Assembly: GCA_965267475.1 (NCBI GenBank)
Contig: OZ254079.1
Span: forward strand, 1,438,209-1,502,208
Length of the DNA stretch: 64,000 bases
Direction of reading: 5' to 3'
Origin: Paracoccaceae bacterium
GTDB lineage: Bacteria > Pseudomonadota > Alphaproteobacteria > Rhodobacterales > Rhodobacteraceae
Positions 19,289 to 30,374 of the stretch are shown in pieces; within the stretch, counting starts at the first letter, position 1, and the number at the start of each line of letters is the position of its first letter. The notes under the pieces are model-generated. The model was not told where the DNA came from, did no database searches, and saw only the letters and a program-made list of their open reading frames with translations. The position numbers and the translations under genes are program-made.

Positions 19289-19582
19289 ATGAAACACGTG
19301 ATGATCCTGACGCTTGCGGGCGCCTTGCTGGCGGGCCCGGCTGCGGCGAGTGACCCCAAGAGCGAGCTGGAGGAAGGGTTCGGTCTTCTTGGCGAGGGCA
19401 TGGAACTGATGTTCCGTGGTCTGATGGCCGAGATGGAGCCCGCGTTTCGCGAACTGGAAGGCGTTTTGTCGGATCTGAACGCCTATCACGCGCCGGAAGT
19501 GCTGCCCAATGGCGATATTATCATCCGGCGCCGGGTTCCATTGCAGGTCGAAACCGCGCCCGAAGGCGAAATCGACATCTAG
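19289..19582 (+). CDS. small secreted hypothetical protein
   Basis: MKHVMILTLAGALLAGPAAASDP signal peptide. The track start at 19241 overlaps the EEP gene and is rejected. Confidence 0.55.
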   Translation: MKHVMILTLAGALLAGPAAASDPKSELEEGFGLLGEGMELMFRGLMAEMEPAFRELEGVLSDLNAYHAPEVLPNGDIIIRRRVPLQVETAPEGEIDI

Positions 19583-19594
19583 GGCGTGCGCCGC

Positions 19595-21160
19595 CTAGCC
19601 TTGGACCACCTCGGTCGTGGCGCCAATGGCGTTCGCGAGTGAGGCAAAGCGCGCCTCGGCCACTTCGCCGAACAAGGGCGCCGTCCCCGGGGCCAGATGG
19701 AAACTCAAAAGCTTCTTTCTGGGCCGCCACTTCAACATGCCCATCCGGTCCGAGGCCGCGACCGAAAACATGGACCCAAACCGCATGGCTTTGCCAAGGG
19801 TCTCGGCTTCGCGAAGCCGGTCGTCGTCGAGCAGCCCGAAGAGATCCTCGAACCGCGAATCCGAATGGCTGTTCTTGTAGCGGTGCAGCAATGCGATCCC
19901 CAGAAACACCCGTTCCTTGTGGGTCAGACCGCCCAAGTTCGCACGCGTCGCGTTGTCAAAGCAAACCTCATGCCGGTAATCGGGATGCGCCCGCCAACTG
20001 ACATCGTGCAGAAGGCAGGCCGCGTGATGAATCCGGCGCGACTCGTCACTGGCTTTCGGAAAGAGCGGCGACACAAAGTCGAAAAGCTGTGTGCCGAAGC
20101 CGGGGTTCCGGGCATCTTTCTGTTCCGAGAACCGGCAGGCCTCGATCAGCGGGTCGCGGGCCCGAAGGTCATCCGACATGCGTTCATAAAGCAGCCCTTC
20201 ACGCAACCCATAGCTGGAGACCGCAATGTCATGGGGCCGGAAGGTTTTGGTGATCACGCCCAACACTTCCGAGGCGATCGGCACAAGCGCCATCCGCGCC
20301 TCGGACAGCCCCGCTGCCTGGCGAAGTTGCTCAAGGTCTTGTTTTTGAATGAATTTAATGGTGCGCGACACGTCGGAACGCGTCATCCGATACTCGTGCA
20401 AAACCGACAGTGGATAGTCGCGACGGATCATGTCGATCCGGGCGATGGCGCGCCAGGAGCCGCCGACCAGGAACAGCCGGTCGGATTGCGGACCGAGCGT
20501 TTCCATCAATTCGGCCACGACCGTCTGGATCTCGGCTTGGCGCCCTTTGCGCCCGCCTTTGACACCGCGCAGCGAAAACGGACCCAGTTGCGACGTGATC
20601 CGCTTGCCGACCTTGCCATCGGACAGTTCGGCCAACTCCATCGAGGATCCACCGATGTCGCAGACAAGCCCGTAAGAGCCCGGCCACCCCAGAAGCACGC
20701 CCTGGGCAGAAAGGCGCGCTTCTTCGCGGCCGTCGATGACCTGAACGTCAAGGCCAGTGGCCTGCATGACATCGTCTCGGAAGGCAGGTCCATCCTCGGC
20801 TTCCCGCACCGCCGCAGTCGCCACAATGCTGAGCCGGTCAATTCCCATGCCCTCGGCCAGATGCTGGAAACGTATAAGTGCCGATAGAGCGCGCGCGCGC
20901 CCTTCCGGGTTCAATTGTCCGGTTTCTGCAAGTCCCCGACCGAGGCCGCACATGATTTTCTCGTTATAGAAATAGGCCGGGCTGCGGGCTGCACCGTCAA
21001 AGACCACAAGCCGGACCGAGTTTGATCCGACATCAACGACGCCGACACGCGACAGGGCCTGGGTCGCCGGATCTTCCCTGGATCCGGTCCTGGCGCGAGT
21101 CTTGGCTGGCGTGTCCCCGCCTCCGTCCATGGCTGATCCCTTGGTTCCTTGGCGGAACAC
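19595..21160 (-). CDS. ppx: exopolyphosphatase (Ppx/GppA family)
   Basis: VDVGSNSVRLVV ASKHA-fold phosphate-1 motif, DIGGGS-like DIGGSS, and a C-terminal HD-like region (HHAACLLHDVS). Immediately downstream of ppk1. The start may be Met11. Confidence 0.88.
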   Translation of the reverse strand: MFRQGTKGSAMDGGGDTPAKTRARTGSREDPATQALSRVGVVDVGSNSVRLVVFDGAARSPAYFYNEKIMCGLGRGLAETGQLNPEGRARALSALIRFQHLAEGMGIDRLSIVATAAVREAEDGPAFRDDVMQATGLDVQVIDGREEARLSAQGVLLGWPGSYGLVCDIGGSSMELAELSDGKVGKRITSQLGPFSLRGVKGGRKGRQAEIQTVVAELMETLGPQSDRLFLVGGSWRAIARIDMIRRDYPLSVLHEYRMTRSDVSRTIKFIQKQDLEQLRQAAGLSEARMALVPIASEVLGVITKTFRPHDIAVSSYGLREGLLYERMSDDLRARDPLIEACRFSEQKDARNPGFGTQLFDFVSPLFPKASDESRRIHHAACLLHDVSWRAHPDYRHEVCFDNATRANLGGLTHKERVFLGIALLHRYKNSHSDSRFEDLFGLLDDDRLREAETLGKAMRFGSMFSVAASDRMGMLKWRPRKKLLSFHLAPGTAPLFGEVAEARFASLANAIGATTEVVQG

Positions 21161-21182
21161 TGCCCCGGCAAGCGGGCTTGCG

Positions 21183-23372
21183 TCAATCGCTGTGCTTCAA
21201 GAGCGGTGGCTCAAGGCTGGCGGCAGTGCCGCGCCCGCTAAGCGAATGCGTCTCCATGAAAAACCGGTGGCAGTCGAAGCCGATCTCACCGGGGTCGCGA
21301 TCGGGCCGGTGGAACCGGCCATCGGGCGCAAGGATCCAACTTTGCACGTTGTCGGCGAGATTGGCGGCCATGATCTGGTTGACGATCTGCGCCTTGACAG
21401 TGTCGTTGGTGATTTCGACCAGCGTTTCGACGCGGCGGTTCAGGTTCCGGTCCATCCAGTCCGCCGAAGAGATATAGACGCGCGCGTGGCCGGAAGCATC
21501 CCGCGGCCGTTTTGGAAGACCCTTGCCGTTTCCAAAACAGACGATCCGCGAATGTTCGAGGAACCGGCCCACCACAGACTTGACGCGAATGTTGTCGGAC
21601 AGGCCCCGGATCCCCGGGCGCAGACCGCAAATGCCGCGCACCACAAGATTGATCCGCACGCCGGCCTGGCTTGCCAGATACAGCGCGTCGATCACGTCCT
21701 TTTCGATCAGCGAGTTCATCTTGCCCCAGATCTCGGCCGGGCGGCCCGCCAAGGCGTGCTCTGCCTCATCCGTGATCCGTTCCAGAAGCGTGTTCTTCAG
21801 GCCCGAGGGCGAAATCGACAGGTTTTCCAACCGTTCCGGTTGGGCATAGCCCGACAGATAGTTGAAGACCCGCGTCGCGTCGCGGCCAAGGCCCGGATCG
21901 CAGGTGAAAAGGCTGAGATCCGTATAGATGCGCGCCGTGATCGGGTGGTAATTCCCGGTCCCGTAATGGGTATAGGTCACCAGATCCCCGCCTTCGCGGC
22001 GCACCACAGTCGAGATCTTCGCGTGGGTCTTGTAGTTCATGAACCCATAGACGACATGCGCCCCGGCCCGTTCCAGGCGGCGTGACTGGCGAATGTTCGC
22101 GGCTTCGTCGAAGCGGGCTTTGAGTTCCACAAGCGCCGTCACAGACTTGCCGTCCTCGGCCGCTTCGCAGAGCGCCTCGACAATCGGGCTGTCGCGCGAC
22201 GTCCGATAAAGCGTCTGCTTGATGGCCATCACGTTCGGGTCGCGGGCGGCCTGCTGAAGAAAGCGCACCACCATATCGAACGTCTCATAAGGGTGGTGCA
22301 GCAGCATGTCCTTCTGGCGGATCGCCGCGAACATGTCGCCATCATGATCCTGCACGCGTTCAGGAACGCGAGGCGTGAATGATGGCCAAAGAAGCTCGGG
22401 CCGTTCATCCAGCACCAGTTCCTTCAGATCGCCCATGCCCAGAAGGCCGTCGATCTCAACCACTTCGGCCTCGGTGATCTCAAGTTCTTCCAGGATCATT
22501 GCACGAAGGGCCCGGGGTGCCAGCGACGATATGGTGAGCCGGATCACCTCGCCCCTGCGGCGGCGTTTCAGCGCGACCTCGAACTCGCTGACCAGGTCTT
22601 CGGCTTCCTCTTCGACTTCAAGGTCGCTGTCGCGAAGGACCCGGAAGGCGCATTGATCCTTAACGGCATAGCCCGGGAACAGGCTGTCCATATGCAAAAG
22701 CAGCAGTTCTTCCAGCATCAGGAAACGCTGCGTACCGTTCGCTGAAGGCAGCCGCATGAAGCGGTCGACCTGATGCGGGACTGGCAGCAGGGCCTGAAGT
22801 TTGCGCCCATCGGATTTGCGTTCGAGCTGAAGCGCCAGGGACAATCCACCATTGGCAATGAACGGGAACGGATGGGCCGGGTCGATGGCAAGCGGCGACA
22901 GGATCGGGAAGACCTGCCTTAGGAAGACCTGTTCCAGATGCGCCTTGTCTTCCACTGTCAATGCGGAGCGACACACGATGGAAATGCCCACATGCTCCAT
23001 CTCGGCCAGCAGGCGCGACCAGATATCCAGCTGCGATTGCATGAGGGCGCGTGCATCGGCGTTGATCAGGACAAGCTGATCGGCCGGGCTGCGCCCGTCG
23101 AGCGCCGGGGTGGTGTTGCCGGCATGGGCCAATTCGCGCAGACCCGCCACGCGTACCGTAAAGAACTCATCCAGGTTCGTCGCCGAAATCGACAAGAACC
23201 GCACCCGTTCCAGCAAGGGAACGGCGGGATTGTCGGCCTCTTCCAAAACCCGCCAGTTGAAGGCCAGCCAGCTTAGTTCCCGATTGAAAAAGCGGCTTGG
23301 GCCGTCCGGATCGACATCGTCAAGCGACACCGCTGGCGGCAGAGGGGAATTCAGAAAATCGGTACGACTCAT
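21183..23372 (-). CDS. ppk1: polyphosphate kinase 1
   Basis: 729 aa from [30 protein letters not shown]-terminus, and the autophosphorylated His region NYKTHAKIS. Confidence 0.93.
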   Translation of the reverse strand: MSRTDFLNSPLPPAVSLDDVDPDGPSRFFNRELSWLAFNWRVLEEADNPAVPLLERVRFLSISATNLDEFFTVRVAGLRELAHAGNTTPALDGRSPADQLVLINADARALMQSQLDIWSRLLAEMEHVGISIVCRSALTVEDKAHLEQVFLRQVFPILSPLAIDPAHPFPFIANGGLSLALQLERKSDGRKLQALLPVPHQVDRFMRLPSANGTQRFLMLEELLLLHMDSLFPGYAVKDQCAFRVLRDSDLEVEEEAEDLVSEFEVALKRRRRGEVIRLTISSLAPRALRAMILEELEITEAEVVEIDGLLGMGDLKELVLDERPELLWPSFTPRVPERVQDHDGDMFAAIRQKDMLLHHPYETFDMVVRFLQQAARDPNVMAIKQTLYRTSRDSPIVEALCEAAEDGKSVTALVELKARFDEAANIRQSRRLERAGAHVVYGFMNYKTHAKISTVVRREGGDLVTYTHYGTGNYHPITARIYTDLSLFTCDPGLGRDATRVFNYLSGYAQPERLENLSISPSGLKNTLLERITDEAEHALAGRPAEIWGKMNSLIEKDVIDALYLASQAGVRINLVVRGICGLRPGIRGLSDNIRVKSVVGRFLEHSRIVCFGNGKGLPKRPRDASGHARVYISSADWMDRNLNRRVETLVEITNDTVKAQIVNQIMAANLADNVQSWILAPDGRFHRPDRDPGEIGFDCHRFFMETHSLSGRGTAASLEPPLLKHSD

Positions 23373-23412
23373 GGGCGTTACATGCCTGCACACTGGTACG
23401 GAGGGGTGACAA

Positions 23413-24093
23413 CTATGTGTCAGAGCTTGGGAAATTGTCCAGAACCCGGCCTGCGAGCGGTCGGGTTACGCCTTGTCCGGCTTCCAGGGCCGCCTTGTCA
23501 AGGGCTGCCACAGCAGCGCCGACGGCGGCAAAGCTTCTCTCAATCCGTCCAAGCACATAAGGCGGCACGTTGGCGGGCACCTCGATCTGGCGGTCCGCGA
23601 AGAGTTTGACCATGACCGCCTGCAACAGCATGTCGTCGGGGGGGCTGATCTCAACCACCGTTGTGGCCTGCATCCTGCTGGCAAGGTCGGGCAGGACGAT
23701 GGGCCAACGGGCCGGGGCCGTATCTGACATCAAAAGAAGCGCGCCGCCCTTCTGCCGGAGCAGATTGTGAAGGTGAAACAGCGGTTCCTCCGCTGGCTTT
23801 GCTATGGTCTCGGCATCTTCGACGACCACTGCGCCGGATCCGGCCAATTCATGCGGATCCCGGTCGGCCAGAGCCCGTGCTGGGACGATCTCGGCCGAAA
23901 CCTCTCCGGCCCAGACATGCGCCAGGTGGGTCTTTCCGGCCCCTTCGGGACCCACGATCGCCAGTTTTCCCTCTGGCCAGTCGCGCCAGCTATCCAAAGC
24001 GGCGACCGCGATCTGATTAGAAGGTGCCACAAGGAAATCCGCGCGCCCAAGCGCCGGTTTGCTGGGCAGATCGAAGCTGAGCTGTTGGGCCAT
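23413..24093 (-). CDS. hdaA: DnaA regulatory inactivator HdaA
   Basis: [30 protein letters not shown], the typical Hda N-terminus. Walker [11 protein letters not shown]. About 226 aa. The track start at 24219 overlaps the upstream gene. Confidence 0.85.
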   Translation of the reverse strand: MAQQLSFDLPSKPALGRADFLVAPSNQIAVAALDSWRDWPEGKLAIVGPEGAGKTHLAHVWAGEVSAEIVPARALADRDPHELAGSGAVVVEDAETIAKPAEEPLFHLHNLLRQKGGALLLMSDTAPARWPIVLPDLASRMQATTVVEISPPDDMLLQAVMVKLFADRQIEVPANVPPYVLGRIERSFAAVGAAVAALDKAALEAGQGVTRPLAGRVLDNFPSSDT

Positions 24094-24097
24094 GCGA

Positions 24098-25165
24098 TCA
24101 GTCTTCGCCGTTTTGTCCGGATCCTTTATAGAGGAGGCTTTCCTGATATTGCGATGATACGAAGCGGACAATGACACCGATGGCGGCGGCCACCGGGACA
24201 GCCACGAGCAGCCCGACAAAACCGAAAAGCGCCCCGAAGGCCGACAGCGAGAAGATCAGCCAGACCGGATGCAGCCCCACCGAACTGCCCACGAGTTTCG
24301 GCGTCAGGATATTGCCTTCCACCAGTTGCCCGAACTGGAAAATCCCCCAGATCAGCAGGATCCAAAGCCAGTCGCCCCAGAACTGGAACAGGGCGAGGCC
24401 AATCGCCAACAGCCCGCCGACAAGGGCGCCGACATAGGGAATAAAGGTCAAAAGCCCGGCAATGAAACCAACAACCACGCCGAATTGCAGGCCGACCGTC
24501 ATCAGTGCCACGGCATAGAATGTTCCAAGGATCAGGCAGACCGTACCCTGACCTCGGACAAAGCCGGCCATGGTCCTGTCGATGTCTTTGGCGATCGTGC
24601 GAATGGCGGGTGCGTGGTCGCGCGGCAGAAGATGGTCGATCCGGGCGACCATGTTGTCCCAGTCAAGCAGCAAGTAGAAAGCAACAACAGGGACGATCAC
24701 GAAGAACACCACAAGGTTGACGATACCGTTCAGCGATCCGACCGCCGCGTTCAGAAATTCAAGGCCGCGCGACTGAATGGCTTCACCGATCCCGGACAGA
24801 GCCCGTTGCATCGGGCCGCCCGGGTCCAGAATTTGCGGGAAACGTTCGATCAGGAACGCCTGAAGCTGGCGGGCAATCTCAGGCGCGGCCTCAACAAGGG
24901 AAATGGCCTGGCTGATCAGCAGCGGCAACACGGCCAGTGCGGCGACCACGAAGACCAGCACAGCGAAGATCGTGATGACGATGGTCGCGAAAGTGCGGCT
25001 GAAGCCCATGGTTTCCAACCGATCCGCAACCGGATCGAGGAAATAGGCAATGGCGGCTCCGAGAAGGAAGGGCAGGATGACATCGCCAAGGACCAACAGA
25101 AGCAGAAGAAATGCCACCGCAGCGACACCCCAGTACAACAGTTGTTGGCGCATGGGCAGGGCCAT
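24098..25165 (-). CDS. AI-2E family (PerM-like) transporter
   Basis: 355-aa polytopic membrane protein with family-typical organisation (ILLPFLLGAAIAYFLDP..., C-terminal IPYVG). Confidence 0.8.
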   Translation of the reverse strand: MALPMRQQLLYWGVAAVAFLLLLLVLGDVILPFLLGAAIAYFLDPVADRLETMGFSRTFATIVITIFAVLVFVVAALAVLPLLISQAISLVEAAPEIARQLQAFLIERFPQILDPGGPMQRALSGIGEAIQSRGLEFLNAAVGSLNGIVNLVVFFVIVPVVAFYLLLDWDNMVARIDHLLPRDHAPAIRTIAKDIDRTMAGFVRGQGTVCLILGTFYAVALMTVGLQFGVVVGFIAGLLTFIPYVGALVGGLLAIGLALFQFWGDWLWILLIWGIFQFGQLVEGNILTPKLVGSSVGLHPVWLIFSLSAFGALFGFVGLLVAVPVAAAIGVIVRFVSSQYQESLLYKGSGQNGED

Positions 25166-25260
25166 TCGCGTCTCCTTTCCCGGATCGGTTTCGCCGATGG
25201 TCCAGTGAAGCGCAAGGCCGAAGGAGAAGGGCCGCCCGGTTCAGGCGGCCCTTTAAGCGT

Positions 25261-25767
25261 TTAGTGGCAGTCGGGGCGGTCGCCCGGCAACAGAACCTTG
25301 TCGATCACGTGGATGACGCCGTTATCGGCGGCAATGTCGGCTATGATGACGTTGGCGCTTTCGCCCGTGCCGTCGGCGATGGACACGCCGCCCGAGCCTT
25401 TGGTGATACAAAGACGCTCGGACGCGAGGATCGGCTTGAAGTAGTTCGAGCCGCCCGGGATCATTGCAGCCGACAGGTTCCGGTCGTCGACGTGATACAG
25501 AAGCACGTTGGTCAACTGGTCCTTGTTCTCGGGCTGAAGCAGCGTTTCGACCGTGCCCTCGGGCAGCGCAGCGAAGGCGTCATTGACCGGCGCGTAAACA
25601 GTGAACGGACCGGGGCCCGCAAGGGTTTCGGCAAGGCCAGCCGCGGTGACGGCGGCCACCAGCGTCGAGAAGCGGTCATCGCCTGCCGCGATGTCGACAA
25701 TCGACTGTGCAGACACAGAAGTAGCGAACGCCGCAGCCGCGGCGGTCAGAGCAAGTGTGGATTTCAT
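25261..25767 (-). CDS. secreted fasciclin (FAS1) domain protein
   Basis: Signal peptide, then IVDIAAGDDRFSTLVAAVTAAGLAETLAGPGPFTVYAPVNDAF and NGVIHVIDKVLLP, the FAS1 H1/H2 motifs. Confidence 0.88.
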   Translation of the reverse strand: MKSTLALTAAAAAFATSVSAQSIVDIAAGDDRFSTLVAAVTAAGLAETLAGPGPFTVYAPVNDAFAALPEGTVETLLQPENKDQLTNVLLYHVDDRNLSAAMIPGGSNYFKPILASERLCITKGSGGVSIADGTGESANVIIADIAADNGVIHVIDKVLLPGDRPDCH

Positions 25768-25949
25768 GAGGTCTCTCCCATATCGCCCGCAGCCCTGTGC
25801 TGCGGGATTGGCAGGGGTACGGGCGGGTCACGCGATGGGTTCACCTGCTCACGGCTCCGTGAAGATGCGTGACATTCCGTGATCAGATCGTATTGACCGC
25901 ATCGTCTCGATGCCTAGGGTCCAGTGCAGTCATTCCCGGGACGCGATAG

Positions 25950-26975
25950 ATGACCGAAATCCCCATCGTCTGGCTTGTCACGGCTTTGGCAAGCATTGCG
26001 GTCGTTGTCATCGCCCGCGCGGCGCGATTGACGGATCCGTCGCGCCTGTTCCTGGCCTTCGGCGTGGCTGGGATCGGCGTTCTCGGGCTTCTTCTGGGCC
26101 TTCGTCTGTCGTTCGAGCGGGACTGGGCGGGCTTTCTTCAGCCCTTGGTCGGCCTGACAACCGCACCGGCCTTGTACCTTGGGCTCGACGCGTTGACCCG
26201 CGACGGACCCTATCCGTGGCGGTCGGTTCTTGTCTGGCACTGGGTTCCCATATCTCTTTTGGGCCTCGGAATACTGACCACCGGGTTCTGGCTTGCGGAT
26301 TTCGCGATTCCGCTGGTGACCCTTGTTTATATTGGGCTTTTGTCGCGCCTCGCGCTTCGCCCACTTGAAGCCTTCGTTCATGTGGCGCCGCGCGATCAGC
26401 CGGTGGTCAAGGCACTTGTCCTGGGCGTGATCGCGCTTTTTTCGTTCTTCCTTCTGGCGGATGTGGTGATCTTCGCCGCGCTTGCCACGGGCGGGCCCGA
26501 TGCGGTGCCGGGTCTTGTCGGCAATGCGGCCATGGCGCTGACGGTGCTTGTCTTCCTCGCTGCCTTGTTGGGCGGGCCCGCCCTTTTGTCGCGACGCGAC
26601 GGGAGAGAGGCGCCGGTGGCCCGCGCCGCCGAGGTCACGGAAGAGGACCGGGCGCTTCTGGCCCGGTTCGATGCCCTGATGCGCGACACGAAGCTATTCA
26701 CCGATAGCGGACTGACCCTGGCCCGGGCGGCCCGCCGACTGGGTGTCCCGGCCCGTCGCGTGTCAGAGGCGATCAACCGGGTCGCAGGCACTAACGTGTC
26801 GCGTCACATCAACGGTTTTCGCGTGGCCCATGCGCAGGATTTGCTTCGAACGACCGATTTGCCCGTCACCGAGGTGATGTTGGAGGCCGGATTTCTGTCG
26901 AAATCGACCTTCAACACCGAGTTTCGGCGGATCACCGGGCAAACGCCGTCGACGTTTCGGGCTACACTGGCCTGA
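25950..26975 (+). CDS. membrane-anchored AraC-family transcriptional regulator
   Basis: About 6 N-terminal TM segments. C-terminal AraC HTH (LARAARRLGVPARRVSEAINR...GFLSKSTFNTEFRRITGQTPSTFR). Confidence 0.82.
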   Translation: MTEIPIVWLVTALASIAVVVIARAARLTDPSRLFLAFGVAGIGVLGLLLGLRLSFERDWAGFLQPLVGLTTAPALYLGLDALTRDGPYPWRSVLVWHWVPISLLGLGILTTGFWLADFAIPLVTLVYIGLLSRLALRPLEAFVHVAPRDQPVVKALVLGVIALFSFFLLADVVIFAALATGGPDAVPGLVGNAAMALTVLVFLAALLGGPALLSRRDGREAPVARAAEVTEEDRALLARFDALMRDTKLFTDSGLTLARAARRLGVPARRVSEAINRVAGTNVSRHINGFRVAHAQDLLRTTDLPVTEVMLEAGFLSKSTFNTEFRRITGQTPSTFRATLA

Positions 26976-27480
26976 AGACATCGCAGGACGCGCGCTGTCC
27001 GTGTCGTCCGATGGGGCCAAGGCGCATCCCCGCCCGATCAAGAATGAACCCGGTTTCGGCAGGCAATCCGCGCGCGACAACGATATCAGCCATGGGACCA
27101 GAGCCGCCCGCGCTGACGGTATAGTCTTCGCTGACGATATCGCGGCCCCGCACCAGTCGCTTAACGACCCATGGATCGTTGATGAGAATGCGGACCGCGC
27201 CGACCCTTGCGTCGGGATCCATGCCCCAGAACCCGCCCGCGATCATGACCACCGAAAAGGCGCGGCATTCGCCGGTTCCAGGGATGCGGATGGTGGCTGT
27301 GCCATGCCCTTTGACCCCGGCAAGATGCATCAATGATCCGGACTTGGGATAGGGTATGTCGATGACCGCAAGCGCGCGGCCAGATGGTTCGGCGTCATGG
27401 GATCGCGCGCCGAGGGGCGCAATTGCGGCCCCGATCGCCATAAGGGCGGCAAGGGTGGCGGCTTTGAAGTCGGATGTCAT
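26962..27480 (-). CDS. secreted hypothetical protein
   Basis: Signal-like N-terminus [25 protein letters not shown] and coding-like codon usage. Its 3' end overlaps the convergent AraC gene by 14 nt. Confidence 0.5.
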   Translation of the reverse strand: MTSDFKAATLAALMAIGAAIAPLGARSHDAEPSGRALAVIDIPYPKSGSLMHLAGVKGHGTATIRIPGTGECRAFSVVMIAGGFWGMDPDARVGAVRILINDPWVVKRLVRGRDIVSEDYTVSAGGSGPMADIVVARGLPAETGFILDRAGMRLGPIGRHGQRASCDVFRPV

Positions 27481-27673
27481 CGGTCTGTCCTTTCGGCGTT
27501 ACGCGGGGCGTCGCCCGCTTGATGACACCGAGTTGCGCTGCCGCGCGGATTTCCGCGCCCGAAGACGCGATGTCGAACGTTCGGAAACGCATTTCCGAAC
27601 CTCGGCCTGGCCGCGGTTGCAGAGGTCGGACTGTCGCCTTAGACCGGGTTCACCTGAATTCCGGAGTCTTGCG

Positions 27674-29011
27674 ATGCGCCTCAGCCGTTACTTCCTGCCC
27701 GTCCTGAAAGAGACGCCGTCCGAGGCGCAGATCGTCTCGCATCGCATGATGTTGCGCGCCGGTATGATCAAACAGTCGGCCGCCGGGATCTATTCCTGGC
27801 TACCCTTTGGCCTGCGCGCGCTGCAAAAGGTCGAAAAGATTGTCCATGAGGAGCAAATTCGCGCGGGTCACCACCCGATGTTGATGCCGACGCTGCAATC
27901 GGCGGATCTGTGGCGCGAAAGCGGGCGTTATGACGACTATGGCGAAGAAATGCTGCGGATGCAGGACCGGCACGGGCGCGACATGCTGTTCACGCCCACC
28001 GCCGAGGAACTGATCACTGATATTTTCCGGGCCCATGTGACCAGTTATCGCGATTTGCCGCTGACCATGTATCAGATCCAGTGGAAGTTCCGCGATGAGA
28101 TCCGTCCCCGGTTCGGCGTGATGCGCGGTCGCGAGTTCTACATGAAGGATGGCTATAACTTCGATCTGACCAAGGAAGACGCGCTGCATGCCTATAACAG
28201 GCATCTGGTCAGCTATTTGCGGACCTATGAGCGCATGGGGCTTCAGGCGATCCCGATGCGTGCAGATAGCGGGCCCATTGGCGGCGATGATACGCACGAA
28301 TTCCTTGTTCTGGCCGAGACTGGCGAAAGCGAAGTCTTCTATGACAGCAATGTCACCGACATCCGGCTGGGTGAGCGCGACATCGATTATGACGACAAGG
28401 CGCAGTGCCAAGCCGTTCTGGAAGAGTTCACGACGCTTTACGCCCGCACCGACGAAACCCATGATGAAGCGCTGTTCGACCAGGTCCCGGAAGGCCGAAA
28501 GCGCAGCGCGCGCGGGATCGAAGTTGGCCAGATCTTCTATTTCGGCACCAAGTATTCCGAACCCATGGGCGCCACCGTCCAGGATGCCGACGGAAACGCC
28601 GTGCCGGTCCATATGGGATCGCACGGAATCGGCGTGTCACGGCTTCTGGGCGCGATCATCGAAGCCAGCCATGACGACAACGGTATCATCTGGCCCGAAG
28701 GTGTGGCGCCGTTCCCTGTCGGGATCGTCAACCTGCGTCAGGGGGATGCTGCGACCGATGGCGCCTGCGACGGGCTTTACGCTGCGCTGGCGGCGAAGGG
28801 GCTTGAACCCATGTACGACGACCGAGACGAGCGGGCAGGGGCCAAGTTCGCGACCATGGACCTGATCGGCCTGCCCTGGCGGATCACCGTGGGCCCGCGC
28901 GGGCTGGACAAGGGTGTGGTCGAACTGACCTCGCGCAGAACCGGTGATAGCGAAGAATTGTCGCCTGAGACCGCGGTTGACCGCCTAGTGCAGATTTACG
29001 ACGGCGTTTGA
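27674..29011 (+). CDS. proS: proline--tRNA ligase (short alphaproteobacterial type)
   Basis: 445 aa from [34 protein letters not shown]. Class II motifs ([17 protein letters not shown]; GIGVSR). The track start at 27356 adds 106 spurious residues. Confidence 0.93.
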   Translation: MRLSRYFLPVLKETPSEAQIVSHRMMLRAGMIKQSAAGIYSWLPFGLRALQKVEKIVHEEQIRAGHHPMLMPTLQSADLWRESGRYDDYGEEMLRMQDRHGRDMLFTPTAEELITDIFRAHVTSYRDLPLTMYQIQWKFRDEIRPRFGVMRGREFYMKDGYNFDLTKEDALHAYNRHLVSYLRTYERMGLQAIPMRADSGPIGGDDTHEFLVLAETGESEVFYDSNVTDIRLGERDIDYDDKAQCQAVLEEFTTLYARTDETHDEALFDQVPEGRKRSARGIEVGQIFYFGTKYSEPMGATVQDADGNAVPVHMGSHGIGVSRLLGAIIEASHDDNGIIWPEGVAPFPVGIVNLRQGDAATDGACDGLYAALAAKGLEPMYDDRDERAGAKFATMDLIGLPWRITVGPRGLDKGVVELTSRRTGDSEELSPETAVDRLVQIYDGV

Positions 29012-29068
29012 CCCTCGGAAATTGAGGTTGGGTCCGCTAGACTGCCAAAAAACGGGCAGAGCAGACCC

Positions 29069-29581
29069 ATGATCGTCAGAGCCATCGCATTGGCCGCCGG
29101 GATCGCCGGCGGCGCCGGGCTGTCGCAGTTTCCGGAGTTTTCGCAGCAATACTTGCAGCGGCTGTCGGGCGCCGTAGACGAACTGCGCGGAGTGGTGACG
29201 GCCTTTGACGTGGCGGCCACCGCGGCGGGGTTGTCTCGGGAAGAGGCGCTGGCCGAGCTGCAGGGGACCGATCTGACGAATGAGCTGCGCCAGAACATCG
29301 CCGGGACGGTTGCGCGATACGATCGATTGAGCGCCGATTATCAACATCTGCGCGACGCAGGGCCCATCACGCGGCTTGCGCAGCCCTGGAATTTGGCGGA
29401 CCGCACGCTTCTGAACCGCACCTGGGACGATTTCCGACCGGCCATTCCGGTCACTTTGGACGGGTTGATCTGCTCCGGAATTGGATTTCTCGCCGGTTGG
29501 CTGGCGGCATCAACCCTTCTTGGACTTTTTTTTCGGCCCTTTCGGCGAAAGAATTCGGGAAATCTGCGGCCCTTCCTGTAA
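29069..29581 (+). CDS. DUF2937-like membrane protein
   Basis: MIVRAIALAAGIAGGAGLSQFPEFSQQYLQRLSGAVDEL, the N-terminus I associate with DUF2937. C-terminal TM segment. Confidence 0.65.
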   Translation: MIVRAIALAAGIAGGAGLSQFPEFSQQYLQRLSGAVDELRGVVTAFDVAATAAGLSREEALAELQGTDLTNELRQNIAGTVARYDRLSADYQHLRDAGPITRLAQPWNLADRTLLNRTWDDFRPAIPVTLDGLICSGIGFLAGWLAASTLLGLFFRPFRRKNSGNLRPFL

Positions 29582-29820
29582 GATTTACCACCACATTCCC
29601 AAACCCCGCCCTGTTAAGTGCCTAGATTCTAAGGAAACGCGCGCGTAGGGGCTGCGTTTTCCAGTTCAAGGTTTCTCACGCGTTTTAGATGTGCGCGGAT
29701 GCGCAGAACGCTGTTTCGAAACGGCCTTACATCCGCTCTCGCACAGCATATCTCAGCGTCATCGGAAGGCAGACACACCTTCCACTGACATGAAACAGAC
29801 TGACACTAAGGATAGACCAA

Positions 29821-30312
29821 ATGAAACTCGCACTGACAACCGCACTCGTTCTCGCCGCAGCCGCACCGGCTTTCGCATCGAACCAACTGGCCCTGTCGCT
29901 CGGCGTTGAGCCTGGCACAGCCACCGTCCAGGAACTGGCCGTTCTGAAGTCCACGATTGAATCTTCGGACAACGGCAACGCCTTCGCTTTTGACGGCGTG
30001 AAAGCCAAGATCAACGGCGACGTTGTTTCGACCCAGTCGGTCGCAGGCAACAGCCAGCTGGCCGCATCTCTCGGCGTCACCGGCACGGTCGGCGAATTGG
30101 CCGCTCTGAAAGGCGCGATCGAAAGCGCTGACGACAACAACATCGCAGCTGACGGCATCCGTGCCCGCCTGGCTGGCGACGTTGTCTCGACGCAGAGCGT
30201 GATCACTCCGGGCCACGAGCAGTTCGCTGCTTCGCTGGGTGTCTCGGCTCAGGACTATTCGGTTCTTGAACTGATCGAGCTGAAGTCGCGCATCGAAGAA
30301 GACCGCGACTAA
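29821..30312 (+). CDS. secreted three-repeat protein of unknown family, copy A (163 aa)
   Basis: RBS aaggat. Signal peptide MKLALTTALVLAAAAPAFA. Three internal repeats of QLAxSLGV-x(5-8)-ELAxLKxxIESxD. Confidence 0.8.
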   Translation: MKLALTTALVLAAAAPAFASNQLALSLGVEPGTATVQELAVLKSTIESSDNGNAFAFDGVKAKINGDVVSTQSVAGNSQLAASLGVTGTVGELAALKGAIESADDNNIAADGIRARLAGDVVSTQSVITPGHEQFAASLGVSAQDYSVLELIELKSRIEEDRD

Positions 30313-30327
30313 TCTTCTCCTCCCCGA

Positions 30328-30366
30328 CGGGCCTGGGTCCCTCTCCCTCCCTCCCTGCCAGGCCCG
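30328..30366 (+). ncRNA. C/U-rich stem-loop in 3' UTR (candidate 3'-UTR-derived sRNA module), copy A
   Basis: 9-bp stem cgggcctgg / ccaggcccg. It encloses the 21-nt loop gtccctctccctccctccctg and is preceded by cttctcctcccc. Confidence 0.4.
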
Positions 30367-30374
30367 ACACAACA

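Noticed and set aside
27356-27673. N-terminal extensions in the ORF track. Examples: proS from 27356, pccB from 6672, pccA from 10120, mutase from 12787, hdaA from 24219, kdsA from 53765, DUF1178 from 50233, MATE from 43609, lyase from 63551.
   Set aside because: The extensions overlap neighbouring genes or look non-coding. Downstream Met or GTG starts give the family-typical N-termini and lengths, often with an RBS or start/stop coupling.
29691-29909. 72-aa ORF (MRGCAERCFETALHPL…) covering the conserved leader, duplicated at 30935-31153.
   Set aside because: It is out of frame with the well-supported secreted-protein gene and overlaps it. The paralogous leader at 32843-32997 does not preserve this frame. 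The conservation is better explained at the RNA/DNA level.
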